Below are positions 26,571-40,400 of a DNA stretch of 64,000 nt, in pieces (position 1 is the first letter of the stretch; every line of letters begins with the position of its first letter). Origin of the DNA: Raillietiella orientalis (taxonomy: Eukaryota); assembly GCA_036172245.1 (NCBI GenBank), contig JAYWIR010000010.1:1860001-1924000 (forward strand), given 5' to 3'. Below the pieces are notes generated by a model. That model was given only the letters and a program-made list of their open reading frames with translations, made no database searches and was not told the DNA's origin. The translations under genes were made by a program, and so were the position numbers.

Positions 26571-29500
26571 TTTCCTAGAAAGTTGAAAACACAGTCTGCA
26601 ATCACCAAACAGTGTATCAGTATGAAATCAAACACTCCCATGCACAATAAGCTCTCAAAGATACCCCAAAGTCCACATGCGATTAGGTGACCCAGAAGTC
26701 TCAAAATAATGAAAGATTAGAAAAAAAATTAGTTACATTTATCAGCAAATGCATGGTATTAGAAGTTTCAAATACTATTGCAGTAAAAAGTTATTCCTGG
26801 GAATGAGTACACAAAAAATAAGAAAACAGAGCATCAGATGGGAATGCCATGCAGCTTAAATGCATTTATCTGGATGATGACCCATAAAACAAACACATAA
26901 GCACATAAAAGCAGAATGCTAAAACACACACAATAAATAGAAAATCACCACAACTGGGCACAAGAAAACAATGAAAAGAAGATAAACACAACTAAACCTA
27001 ACTGGTTAATCACATTTCACTTGCAGCTAACAGAAAGAGCATGGTAAACTCATTTTCATTTATTTCATCATGATACCACTTCCATCCAAAAGAAATGGCA
27101 GAGTATTACAAACATAATACTGTTTCTGTCCCATGTAAGACAATGGGTGCACAATCTCAAATTTGATATATTGTGAATGCTGAGCAAATGCTTTAATTAA
27201 TACAACTGGTGACATAATGACACAAATATTTGCATAATCTCTTTTAAACAGTGGCCTCCAACATAGTTTAAATCAATAGCAATTATCTTATACTCTCCAC
27301 AAAACAGTTAAGCCCAGGATGAAGCATAATTCTTAAATTCCTAGATAAACTGAAAGAAAAAATGAAGATCGTACAGAAAGATGTACACATAGGATATAAA
27401 CGGTACAATTATCAGTTTTATTATTAGATTATAACAAATCTAAAAACATCTGAAAGCAATACAAGCATTAGAACTTTTGGACAGCTGATTCCATTTTCTG
27501 CCATAATGTAAGTTACCTTTACAAAATGAGAACTTGCAAAAATAATGATGATAACAAAATGATATATTTATCAACAAAAATGCAAAGAAGCATCATAAAT
27601 TTTAATAATGCTGAATAACTAACCGAAGATCCAGAACATTCAGTAAAGAGATGAATATCTCCTGTACACGGTAAAATAGTATGAGGAAGGAAAATAGGGA
27701 AAGAACATCAAAACTATAAAACATGAATTTGGATAGATGTGAAGAGAAATGCAACCCATGTGCAAAATCACCAAAGCTATTAAATGATAAATCTGTTGCA
27801 TTCCTAAAACTCATGAATTAAATTCATAGCATAAATTTCAACCTAGATTTAAAATGTATATTTACTTAAATGGTGTAGGCAAAAATACATTTCAATAAAG
27901 TTCTCAAACACCAAGTCAACAATAAAGCAATTAAAAAAAGAACAAAAATTAATAAAAATCTATTACTACATTCTAATGACCAATGAAGAAATGATTCTAA
28001 TTATTTTCAGATGGAAGATGGCACAAGATTAAAAACAAACCTTGCAAGATAATTTGACCATAACAATTTTCAAGTAATTAAGTACCAGGCAAAGAAAAAC
28101 TTAAAATCTATTTAATCCATAAATATGCCCCACTGAAAAACAAAGAATTCAATTTAGGGATTCTTATCACATGGAGTAAGCTGCTAATTGTTCAAAGAAA
28201 TTAAGACTTGTTGGAATTAAGACTAAATTAATGCACTTGTTTGGATCCTGATGTCTACACAAATATGAACCTTCATCACACAATAAAGGCATACCTTTAG
28301 ACATACTCAATAATTATAGAACAGTAACTAACAAAATATAAATGAAAACTGCATTAATGCAGTTTTCTTATTTAGAAAACTGGGGAAAACCATGAAGAAA
28401 TCATTGCAGAATTCAAACTATATCATTGAATAGAACATGAAAAGCATATAAATTAAAAATAGAACAAATGATGGCACATTAAATTTACATATGCAGCACA
28501 AAACTTTTTTAATACTCACCAACTGAATAAACAATGGTTAGTTTATCTTTCAATCAATTTTAACCAATGATAATAAAAGAGGAAAACCAATGCTTACGGC
28601 TTTCAAGTTAGCATCATAATAATCTGATACCTCTATTAAATCATAATATGCAGTAATTAGCAAAAAATTTTTTCTGCTTAACAGATGTAAGGTTTCAGAT
28701 ATTTGTTGACAAGAAAAATTACCAAAAAGCAGAATATGGAAGAAATGACAGCTTCTATTAATATGTACCTTCATTTCTACACATTCGGTGCAACTACACC
28801 ATTATGGAAATATCAAGCTTTCTACTATTCTTTATCTTTGTTGGATCCTAAATTAATAAGGTGCATGCTTTCTCACTTCTTCTTCAGTATCAACTTTACG
28901 TAGCTCATGATAAAATAATCTATAGTTTATGAAGTATGATATATCTAGGAAAAAATAATTTTGCCTCTTAACAAAAAATCATAATCCATCTTAGTTAACA
29001 TTAAAATGCTGTCCCATGATTCTCATTTTGGAAACAAAATGAGAACACTCACAAAATGTTACTTGATCAAATAGAATTTTTCTGTGTGATCAAAAAATCT
29101 CTCGTTTTGTGATCAAACAGATCTGCTTCAAAAATGATCAATTTGCGAAAATTAGTTATTATTATTCCATAATCAACCATAGGTACAGTAAATCTAATTA
29201 TAATTTGATTTACTTAATCACTAAATTTTTGATACAAGATCTTAAATTGAGAATACAAGTGTCTCATTTACAATTTAATGCCCCCAAAATCTTACATAAA
29301 AACTGTTGCAGCATCAACTAATGCAGCACAGTTAAATTAACTGAAAAAGCAAGTTTCACAAACCGATATAAAAAATAAAGCCGATATAAAAAATAAAGCG
29401 CGCAAAATAAAATAATTGTATGAGATGCACAGCTCCAGATACCAATTGAACAAATAATTCCGCTAAGCCCAATCTTATTCTAATCGTAAACGTCATTAAC

Positions 29501-32034
29501 ATTCACATGCAATTTTAGTTTTCATGTACGTATGTGTGCACAATGATGCCTGCATATATACACATAATTTATATATATAAGTAGTTTGCAAACACAGAAA
29601 TACTAAATAACACAGTATGCAGAAACATCACTAAAAACAATGTATGTTTATCAAAAAGACACACATTACTTATTATCGCTTATTAAAGTCACATTTGTGC
29701 AAAAACCTCGGACTGAAAAAGATTTGTACTTCCTGCTGAACCTATAATATTTACTGACGCACGACTTCAGTTACCATTTTATGCATACTTTTTTTGAACA
29801 CACATACACAAAATGAAGGGATCGCACCCTAAACCGAAAGCAATGAATTTTCCAATCATATCAAATACAATTAAATAAACTTTACGCAAAACCTACAAGA
29901 AAATCAGCACACAAACTATGAAGTTTAAATGAATCTCCGGGATACATAAAAACTGAATTTCTCCAACAGATTACTGTACGAATTATGCCGCCAACATATA
30001 ATCACCGACGTCACATGCCTTATGATAACTGACCAAAACAATCACCACACAATTGTCAGATTGCCCGCAAACACGTTCTACTAGCTTTACATAACTTAAA
30101 ATGTATTAAACATTCCGATTGAAGTTTCATACATTCAAGTTCCCTATCTTTCGTATCAGCATGGGCAAATACCCCAATAGGCCATAAATAAAAGATTAAT
30201 TTTTATGTGTTTTTGGCTTCTACAAACGGTGGCCTGCAGACGCACCTCACGATACATTCGCACATAACACAGCTAATGTTCTTAAGCACTTCACCCGCAT
30301 TGCCAGTAATACCTTAGTTACACAAGCATACAAATGCCCCCCTGCCAACTTTCAGTACATTAAGATTAAATTACTTTCGTCAGTGTTACGGATCATAAAT
30401 TAGCAATATTATTTTTATGAGAGATGAATTTCAGGTCTAAATTTTTATCCCATGCTGCCGAGAACTTTTATCCAAAATTCAGATTGTACGACAGTTATGA
30501 ACGAACTACATAAGAAAAATGTATCTCATTTTTCCAATTTCATGTTATTTTTTTCAATTTTAGTCATCTCATTTGTTTGAAATATAAATGAATGCATCAA
30601 TAAAGCAATCGCTGATCATCACTTTTCCAGAGGCTTTATACAGATTTCTTGAACTCAAAGTCTGTTATTTCAGCATTTATCACATTTGATTCTGCATCCT
30701 CCTATTCGATAAGAATCAAACTTATAGAGTAGAAAAGATAACATTGCAGCAGACCTTCATGTAGTTCCAGTGACTTACGAAATCTATTCCAACCAACGAT
30801 AGCTAATACATTTTTGCTTCCTTTTTTCATTTAAGCTGCTTGCTCAGTGATAGTTATGAAAATACTCTAGTTTCATTACTCTTCGTACTTTTTTCGATAT
30901 TTACAAACCCCTACTATTTTACTTGTCCAATTCATGGTCCGACAAAGGAATTTGTGTATTTTGTTTAGTTCTGACAGTATTCTTAATTTTAACTCTATTC
31001 CAAAATAAAGATAAATTTCAGCTTATATTTGTGCCTTTATATTAGTGTGTATAGCTTTTGTCAACTTTCAAATTTCCATTTCTTGAAAGATAACAGTAGG
31101 CTCATTTGAATTTTTTTTGTAGAATCCCATGCTTTTTGGAGTAATTCTTGGAAAGCATTCAGTTAGAATATTGCCAGAAGTCAGAAGACAATAGCATGAA
31201 AAACTGAATTTGTTCTAACACTTGGAAATTACAAAAAAAAATCGTTTCACAGCTTTTATAGAATTTCGCTCTTTACCTTGCTCAATTCATGTTTCATTTC
31301 TATAAGAACATGTTTCCCTCTAGACAAAAACAGAAACTTCGAAACAAATATGAAACACTTGAACTTAAATAGTATGAACATTTCCACGATTTCATTGAGT
31401 GATGTATTATAAAGATTGTAGGACTCGCAAAATTTCATTAAAGATGCCCTCTTCTTTTGTGAAATTGCAGTATAATTTATTCGACATATTCCTAAATTGT
31501 TTACATCTCGTTTTTCCTGTTATTTAAACATGAATTTCGGTAAAAAAGGAAATTATCTAAAATTATTTTTTCCTAGAGCTTTAGATGTTAGTTGTGTATC
31601 CGTTGCAACTAAGAGTTTAGTTCCCATTTCCAGATATATTCTGAAATACGAATAGTCACCCTATCAAGTTCCGTAACTCTGCGATGTCCCTATTATAATG
31701 CATTTGCTATGTATTCTACGAGTCACGTTGAATCATCCAAGAGTAAAGAATTAGAGTAATTTATTGCTATGTGATTTTATGAACTGATATTCAGTAGAAA
31801 GTTCATGAATTTTTCTTTTTGTTTTGATTGTGGCATATATATTACTTATGAATAGGACATATATTTATTGCTTACATCTATTTGAGTAGTCTCTGCTTTA
31901 AAAGCAATCTATTTGTTTTTTAAACTTTACAGAAAATTGTTTTACCACATTAATTATTTGAGTCAATTTGGATTTTCCGAAAATTCTGAATGTTTTGTCT
32001 CCAAACAATAATTTACCATTTATCACTTCTCTGT

Positions 32035-32091
32035 TCAAAATACGATAATTGATTTTTGTTGTTAAAACAAAAATCAATTATCGTATTTTGA
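32035..32091. repeat. Perfect 26-bp inverted repeat with 5-nt loop
   Basis: tcaaaatacgataattgatttttgtt-gttaa-aacaaaaatcaattatcgtattttga. Confidence 0.95.
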
Positions 32092-34085
32092 CTATTTTAA
32101 CGTAGGACTATCAGCTAATAAAGATACAATGCATGTTTCATAACCCATGATTTAGAAAAAAGTTCATCAACAAAGAGAAAATACAAAGCTGAAAGTCTAT
32201 TTATGGAATATTTCAATCCATGATGAAGATCATGTTGATAGTCAACTCCAAACAATAATTATTCCATATGATCAAGAGAAATGTAGAGCATTTTTGTAAT
32301 GAAAGGAGATTTATACTAATATATATCCTGTGATTTAGAATTAGCGAAAAAATAAAATTGAAATTATTGTCAGGAAAATTACCTTCCATGGGTTATTAAG
32401 GAGATCACAACAAAGAAGCCATTCTAATCCAGAATATGAAGAAAAAAAAAAAGATTATTAGGACTTGTAGCTGATCCCAATTTTGGACCGTATCTTATAA
32501 GATGTAAACGATTAAGTTTAGTGAGTGATGAGAAGGGCGTAGGAAATCATCAGAAACAATCATTGTACTTTGAAACCTTTGTAGGTTCTTTGCTTAATGT
32601 TTTATTTATAAATATTTTGAGGGTCTTAGGAAAGACTAAAAAATCTGACTAGGTAGGTACTCAAATTTAGAAGGATATGGTGATGACGTTGTACGTGACT
32701 GTCAGTCTTCTGTAAATCATTTTTTGCCATATCTATTAATTAATGATTTCTCCTTTCTGGCTCATCTTTTGTGCTTTATTCAGTAAAGAAATTAATATTC
32801 GCGCCGGTCACGTGATGCAATTAATGGAGTAATCTTGTTAGAGTTATTTGAACACAATGGGAATAATCGTGATCATCTCATTCGGATAAATTGAATTAAT
32901 TGGCATCAACACTTGGAATTTTCCTTCTACGTTGATATTCCGTTTACTAATGTTGACATCACATATCAAGCTGCAATATAGCCCTGCGAAGTGGGCATCA
33001 GACAAGTTTTACTTGATCAGGGCATGTAAAGTTTTAAAATATTTCGAGCATCTTTTGCGTGCATCTGTGCTCGAGTTTGTTTGTAGTTTATTTTGGGATC
33101 TTTAGTGCTTCTGTATATCCCTGCAGATGCGTTTCTACTGCTTCTTTCACACTCGACATAAGTTGGCCCTTAAGTATGAGCATGCGTATAGTATATACGA
33201 AGGTGCGGCATCAAATTTTGCATCTGTGCTTTAGAATTCGGACGTACTTGCTGGGCAGTTTTTTAAAATCTGATTATAGGTATTAGAATATTAATTAATT
33301 TCCTTTGATTCTATTATGCCATGTTTTAATCTTCTTACTTGAGGGTAATCAGCAGACTGTTAAATGAGGTTTTGAAAGTGTAAACGAAAAGATAAAATCG
33401 AAGAAATAGCAACCGTAACAGTAAAATGAATCAAGGAATGAGGATTCAGTCATCAATTTTCACAAGACTGCACTGACATAAGTGCAAAAAGATTAATTCC
33501 AAAAAAAAATGAATGCTCGCAATGAAACTAGGAAGAACACCAGGTAACCTGGTGTAACATACCACGGATCACTTTGTAATACCGCTGTAAAACTACGTAT
33601 CATTGATTTCATTCTACATATTAGATGAAAGCGCATACATTGTTTGAAGTAATATAATTCCATAAGTATGCAGATAAGAAAACTGAGCCCGCATGAATCC
33701 ATTATTTATTTCTTATAAGGGTTTTAAATTCCAAACCTGCTGCTGAACCGAATTTTGATTCAGTTTTCTGATTGAGAGCCTTCTGATGTGACACAAACAT
33801 TTTGTTTCCATGATATCTTATGCAGTTATTGAAATAGTCATTAGCATGAAAAGTTGCAAAGTATTTGTTGCTATTCGACTTCAATACGCTTTTAAATAAA
33901 GATATATCAACACATGTAGTAATCAGATAACATTATGTTTATATTTTCCACAATAATTTCATTGAATACTTTATAATAAACAAATGTCTATTAGGTAGTA
34001 AAGAGAAGTTCAATGGTATTCATTTACAAGAGAAATAGCAGTATTTATGTTTGGCTGTTTCACCTGGTGAATTAATGGTTTTTCA

Positions 34086-34393
34086 ATGGTAAGCATGGGT
34101 GTAATGTGAGTTAATTTGCAAAACTATATGTCTAGGGCACACCTGGTCAGGACGAAATGGCAAAACCCAGTAAAACCTACATCTGCCTTCAATGTCGCAA
34201 TGAAAAAGGCCCAAATATTAATCGCTGGAGTGCTTGGGAATTCTTAGAACATTTGAATCGTTGTCATGGTTCCAAAATGTACACAGTACAGTGTCGAGTG
34301 TGTGCTCAGACTTTCCCTTCATGTATTGACTTTGCCAACCACTACTTAGGAGTACATGGACCTACATCAGAAGGAAACATGCTGCAACAGTAA
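34086..34393 (+). CDS. Small two-finger C2H2 zinc-finger protein (~86 aa)
   Basis: ATG at 34086, a 47-nt GT-AG intron (34089-34135), then GTPGQDEMAKPSKTYICLQC...EFLEHLNRCHGSKMYTVQCRVCAQTFPSCIDFANHYLGVH. The stop TAA overlaps AATAAA. Confidence 0.75.
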
Positions 34394-34416
34394 TAAAATT
34401 ACATGCAGTTTCAGCC

Positions 34417-37400
34417 CTAGACAACAGAAAGATCTTCTTCTGAAGGTGATCTAGGAAGCTTTGATAGAGTAAGAGCAAGAAGTTCTTTCTTCTTGCGTGT
34501 CTCAATTACCTGATTTTTCATATAAGAATCTACCAGCTGCATATCAAGTACCTCAATCTCTTGGAGTGTGTGTTGCATTTTTTTCAGTTGAGCATTCAGT
34601 AATGTTTGAACACATTGAACTTGGCGGGCTACATCCTTCAAACCATCTTGAGCACTTTGTGGTTGTCGAGGCCACATTAGGCAAGGAGCAAAAATCACAG
34701 CAATTGCTGTGACATTCATCCGGTTATGATTTTCATACATGGCCACACAAGATAGATGATAAAGAAGTCTTTCTATCAAATGGTAGTGGGCTTGGGGAAG
34801 AAGTTTGATTAATGCCAAAATAGCTGACAGACGCTCTCTTTCATCAGGATCATCAGATGCATGTAAGAATTCAGCATAAGCTCTTGAAGTAAACAGGGGA
34901 TCGGGCAGGGCACGCAGAAATGACTTTAGCAATGTAGTAAGGGCATGTATGGGATAAGATGTGAGATCCAACTGAGGATGGGTATTCCATCTGAGAGTCA
35001 AATGACGAACCAAGGAGGCTGGAGCGGATTTTCTGTATAGACCCTCTGTGCATAGACCTCGTTGCTCAATGTTTTCAATCAAATGACTTACAGGAGTAGG
35101 AATGGTCACATCAGAAGGTAGTGACAATTCCAAAGAAATGCCAAGTATATGGCCTTTCATTAAGTCAATTCTTTGGAGATCACCATTAGCACATGTAGGG
35201 GGGGCATTGGTGACACATCGTTTATGACATGTAAGTCCACAGTGTTCGCACACATGGGCACGTTCCAGCAACCATAGCCATGAACCACACACTTCACAAG
35301 CTGTGGGCAGAGCTGCCAGTTGTGGTGTCATTTTGTGTTTAACAGGTGATGGTGTGCATGGTTGGTTCAAGGGAGGGGAAACATGAGACTTCTCAAAGGA
35401 ATACCTCCGTCTAAACTGCTTTAACATGTCTTGGAAGATGGGAGCAATATCATTCAGACAGGTTCCCTGAGGTTTCAAAAATGTTTCCAGCTGACGCCAC
35501 AAATCAATCTGCAACGTGGACATTTCATTGGACGCACTCCTTAGTATCACGATATTTTTCTTGAGATCACACAAAGCTTTGCATAAAGGAAGAGTAGACT
35601 GAACATTGGAGCTTTCCAACCTGCATATCTGAAAGGAAAACTTTCCATCCTCCTCCCGTCAAGCTAACCTGAATAGCCAAGAATTCTTCCAGATGACTCA
35701 GTTCCTCAGCACCCTTAAAAATATAATTATCGAGATTCAATGTGTCAACGTCAGCAGTATTAGGTTTGAGGCAAGGAACTGAAGCAACTGTGGAAGCACA
35801 ACGCTGGTGGAAAACACGTAGACAAATGCGGCACTGTCGTGCAGGACCAAATATTGAAGGTAGAACTTTGTTGCAGCCAGCACACACTTCTCCACGTTGT
35901 GGGCGTACTGTCCGTTCCAGCTGGTGAGAATTTGATGTACTTTGAGTTAGCGGAGAAGTGTGCTGAGGAAAGGGTAAAGATCCCTCTTCATTATATTTTG
36001 GCAACCGAAAATCCTTGGGTGATACCATCGACGGTTCATGGATCTCGGCACTAAAAGGCCAATGATGCATAAAATCAGTGGTATCCTACCTCAGATAGCT
36101 TCTTTGCTCTCGCATTTTTTGGTATCGCCGTCTTGCCAGAACACCACGACCGAATGCTTGCAATCCAACGACCGCATTCTGCAACCGAAGATACCACTGG
36201 CGCACACGATGTCCACGCCAATGTTTCTGAATGTTTGTTGCCGCTTGATGGAGTCGTTGTCTAATGCTTGATGTCCGCTGCTGAGCAAGAAAAGTTCGCG
36301 CGTGCGTCTGCAGGCCGAGAACCAACTTCCTGAGTCGGAGGAAACGGCGTCTCGCAAGCCGAGCCCGAGTCCACCGCTGTATGTTGACAATAGTGTACAT
36401 GAGGGTGTAGTGAAGATAACGATCTAACGCAGCGCGGCAGTCGGTACGCAAGAATACCCGTGTACATCCCAGCTGGTAGTCCTTTTCGGATGTCATGCCG
36501 ATACGCTGCAGAAGTTCGTTCACAGAGTTCGGATCACCCTGCGACCCTGGTGGGAAAAGCACGCGATATGCCTGGACGAACTGTTGATACGTGAGGCGAA
36601 CAGGATACCCTGCTCGTCTAACGCGGACCGTTTCCAAAGTGCCGGTGTAGCGAAGCTGACGTCGGACGGTGGTTTCGTCCCACAGAAAGGGCATCTTGTC
36701 TGCGTTGGACTTGATGCACCGTAGGAACATGGGAGAAGTGGAGCTCAGGGTCCGCAGCAGGTTGCGAAGCGATGCTTGGAACTGTGAAGTCACTGTCCTC
36801 AGGCGGGTCCTGCGGTGACCGGAAAATGGCGGCAATGACGAGCAGTCGGAGATTCTCATCATCTTGGTTCGACTGGAAAGCGATCTGATAACAGCCAGGA
36901 AGTGAGCGTGAGCACACAGAAACCGAGCGGCCTACCCACCGTGGGCTCGTTGGGGAGAAATCGGCCGACCCCTGCCTGGTGCTTTTCGATGCCTGGTGTG
37001 ATGCCTTCGTGTTGCAAAACACTGCCCAGGCCATGAAGAAAGCGCGCAAGACGGACCAGCGCCATGCGGCTTGCGGGTCCCCTCTAGCGAGCTGGCTCAC
37101 AAGGGGGACGCTGCTGGCTTTCAATGTTTCCAGTACTCCCGGACTTATCAGGTCGAGGTTCTTCTCACGGAAGTCTTCTATCTGGAACCCCGGCCGTCCT
37201 GGCCCAAGATGCGCTGGGAACGATGACCTCTTACCTCGTACTTGACGTCGCCTGCGTAGTGGCGGACGATGAAGACAGATTCGTGGGGGGGCGGCGGAGC
37301 GTGGTTCGGATGACCGCGGTGCGAGTCGTGAAACTTCTTGAGGAGAGTCTGATACGTGGCTCCCGGCATGCTGCAAGAAGAGCACGCAACGGTCGGGGGG

Positions 37401-40400
37401 AAGCAGTTCGACGCGGGGAGCGCGTTCCGCTTACTGACTCTGGTCGTCCAGAAGACATAGAAGGCCACGTGGTCGATTCTCCAACAGTTCCAGACACGAA
37501 GCGTTATCAGTGAAGGACACTTCCTGCCAGCGCAGTCCTTCGCTGACGTACTCTCGCTGCTCCGCGCGGAATACGTGCTCGTTAAAGAACGCGTGAAGGT
37601 GCTCATTGGCATAGTTGATGCATAGCTGCTCCAGCCCGTTACGGTGAAAATTCTCGAAACCGAAAATGTCCAGAACGCCGACGAAAAGCTGCGCGGATTC
37701 TGACGTCGCTCCTCGTATGTGCAAGGCCGCGTTCAGACGCAACACGATCCAGTCGAAAAGTCCGGCGTACAGACTCTTCGCAAGGGCATCGCGCGCGGAG
37801 CAGGCCTCGGACATACGGTACCCGATGACCAGCTGCTCGCCTCCTCCGGTGCGGGCTTTCTTTTGGATAAGGGCGGCTTCCATCGACTCGTAGGACAACC
37901 CAAGCAGCTCCGCTATCTTTCGAACCGTCTCCTTGTCGGAGACAGCGACGGATTCGTCATGACAAAGTGCCACCGCCTTCCTCAGTTCGAAGTCCACGTT
38001 TCCGAGGAGCAGCACCGCCGACAAGACTCCGAAAAGGGCCTTCTGCGTGTTGGCGGAGAAGCCGACCAGCTCCATGGACTGGCGCAGGCGACGCATCTCT
38101 AGGCGTTCGTCCGCATCTTTCGGAGCGTCCAGCTCGTTCTGCAGACAGAACATCAGCAACGGTGAGAAGGGAAAAGCCTCAAGATAACCTGATTGAGATA
38201 ACGATACTGTGATGAGGGCAGAAGGTGCAGCGATGGCCATTCGTAAGCATCCGCCAACAGGTAGTAGAAGACATGGTAATTGCGTTCGTTGCTACCTTGG
38301 TGACAAACTCGCGATTTCTCCAACAGGTATTTGTGTACCTTAGCCCTGAAGAGTAAAAATCGCGTAGGACGTTTCTCTTTTGATTTGGATGCTAAAAAAA
38401 ATACTCTAATAGATACTTTTTGATATGACTCAAGATATCGTCCGAGCAACGAACAGTAACTGCGTGCAGAACTGTGTGGTTAAGCAATCATCCTTCCCAA
38501 CCCGTAGCAGAAAGCAAGATGAAAAATTATGCATTCGAGTTTAATTTTTGGAGAGATTCCACGAACGGCTTCTGTTAGGACCAGAGAATCCTTTAATCAC
38601 ACCTTAAGCAATTTGCTTCATGGTTTGATCGATCTTTGTAAAATCGACCTCTCCAAACACCACTGCCAAAGTCCACTAACAGTTTCTTCAAAAAATCAAT
38701 GTGACTCCAGGCACACAGACACGCATCCAACGATAAACCTGTTGGAACAACGTAGCATGTTTCCCTCTTGGTGACGGAACTGTTTCAGGAATTATTTTTT
38801 CCGATGGTTTCGATAATGTCACCTGTGGATGTTGCATCTTCGAACACACACACACACACACACAAAGCATACAGAAATCCTATGTGGATAGGAAAACCCC
38901 TCATTCAAGGTTGAGAAATGACTGCTGGAACCCAATGACACGGTAACAGCCAGCAAGACTAAAAGCGTTTTTCTTCTAGCAGTCATGCTTTTAGGCAGAC
39001 CCCAAGTAACACCGCTGGGCAGACAGCTAAAACCACTGCTTCGTATACTGACATGAAGGGAAGAAACCAGTGTTTTACCAACTCTGAGATGCTGGACGCC
39101 ACTGGTTTCCACAAGACGCATGAAAGTTCAAGGGATATTTCCAGAATTGGGATTGTCGTGAGATGAAAACGAGAAACACCCGACTGGATTGAGAATTTTC
39201 CACTTGCCGCAGTCGAAGAATCGCGGACCCCCACTGGGGAGGATTCGAACGAAAATTCGGCATCCAGGATACACCATTCTGTTGGAGTTCAAAAGAGGGT
39301 CATGACAGAAATCACCACGGAAGACTCAGATTCACCGACATCGAAAATGTCTCCTCAGTCACACTTTACCTACCCACAGACCATTCCATTTTCTCGATAG
39401 TTCACCTGGATGAATTTTCCGAAACGGCTGGAGTTGTTGTTGTGTAGGGTCTTTGCATTTCCAAAGGCCTAGACAAAAGTTGGTTAATCAGTGTGACAAA
39501 AAAGCCCCCTTTAAATTGTACGATTACGTCTGAGGTGGACTTAACTTTCCCGATCTATCGAAATTCGGGAGAAATAACGGAACCACTAACAAGGATTCCC
39601 TAATCAACTTAAACGTCAATACCGAAAAAAAAAAAAAAATTTTCTTCATTTTCTTAGTGAAAGATTTGTTGCATTACTCATCAAGGAAGACACTCCATCC
39701 GCCAAACCGGAAACGGGTGGAAAAGCACAGAATAGAACACACCGTTCGCACTTTTTAGACGATGCAGGAAAAAAAGCAACAAATCGAAGCTCAGGGAATC
39801 TCAGTGACCACTCGTCGATTCGTGACTTCTTGAGAACTCGCTTTTTGAAAGACCGCACACGGCAAGGAAGAAAAGCTATTGGAATCTCCATATGTACTAT
39901 GAGTTTTAAAAGATTTTCGCGGATCACCGTAGAGATGCAAGTACTGTAGCTCCATGCTTCCTCCAAAGAGTAATTTACCTTGCCAGTGTCGATTACTTGG
40001 CAGAGATACCCAAACATCATCTCGTGTTTGAGACATTTTGAGCATGAAAAGGCAAAACGGTGGGACGTAACAGACCTCATCGAAGGAAACCCACAGTAAC
40101 GTCCCAAATTTCTTCTAAGAACAAACTCTCACTTGCTGCAACTGATTCAACCTCGTGACTGCCCTTGTACGAACTGAAAACTGGAAATTTCTCCCCCCCC
40201 ACCTCAAAGTGGCTACGGAAGTCGCAAGACAAAGAAATTAAATGTTACAAAATGGCCCATAGCATGATATACCTGCCATCCTCTTGTCTTGCAGTGCATG
40301 GCCTACAGTCTTTGGTTTGATATTCAGATTACTTCCAGGACCAAATTAGAACGAAAGCTGATTCTCGAATGCCGTGGAGTTTCGAAACAAAGAAAGAAAT

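Noticed and set aside
29363..29398. 18-bp tandem duplication ccgatataaaaaataaag x2
   Set aside because: Ordinary slippage duplication with no evidence of function.
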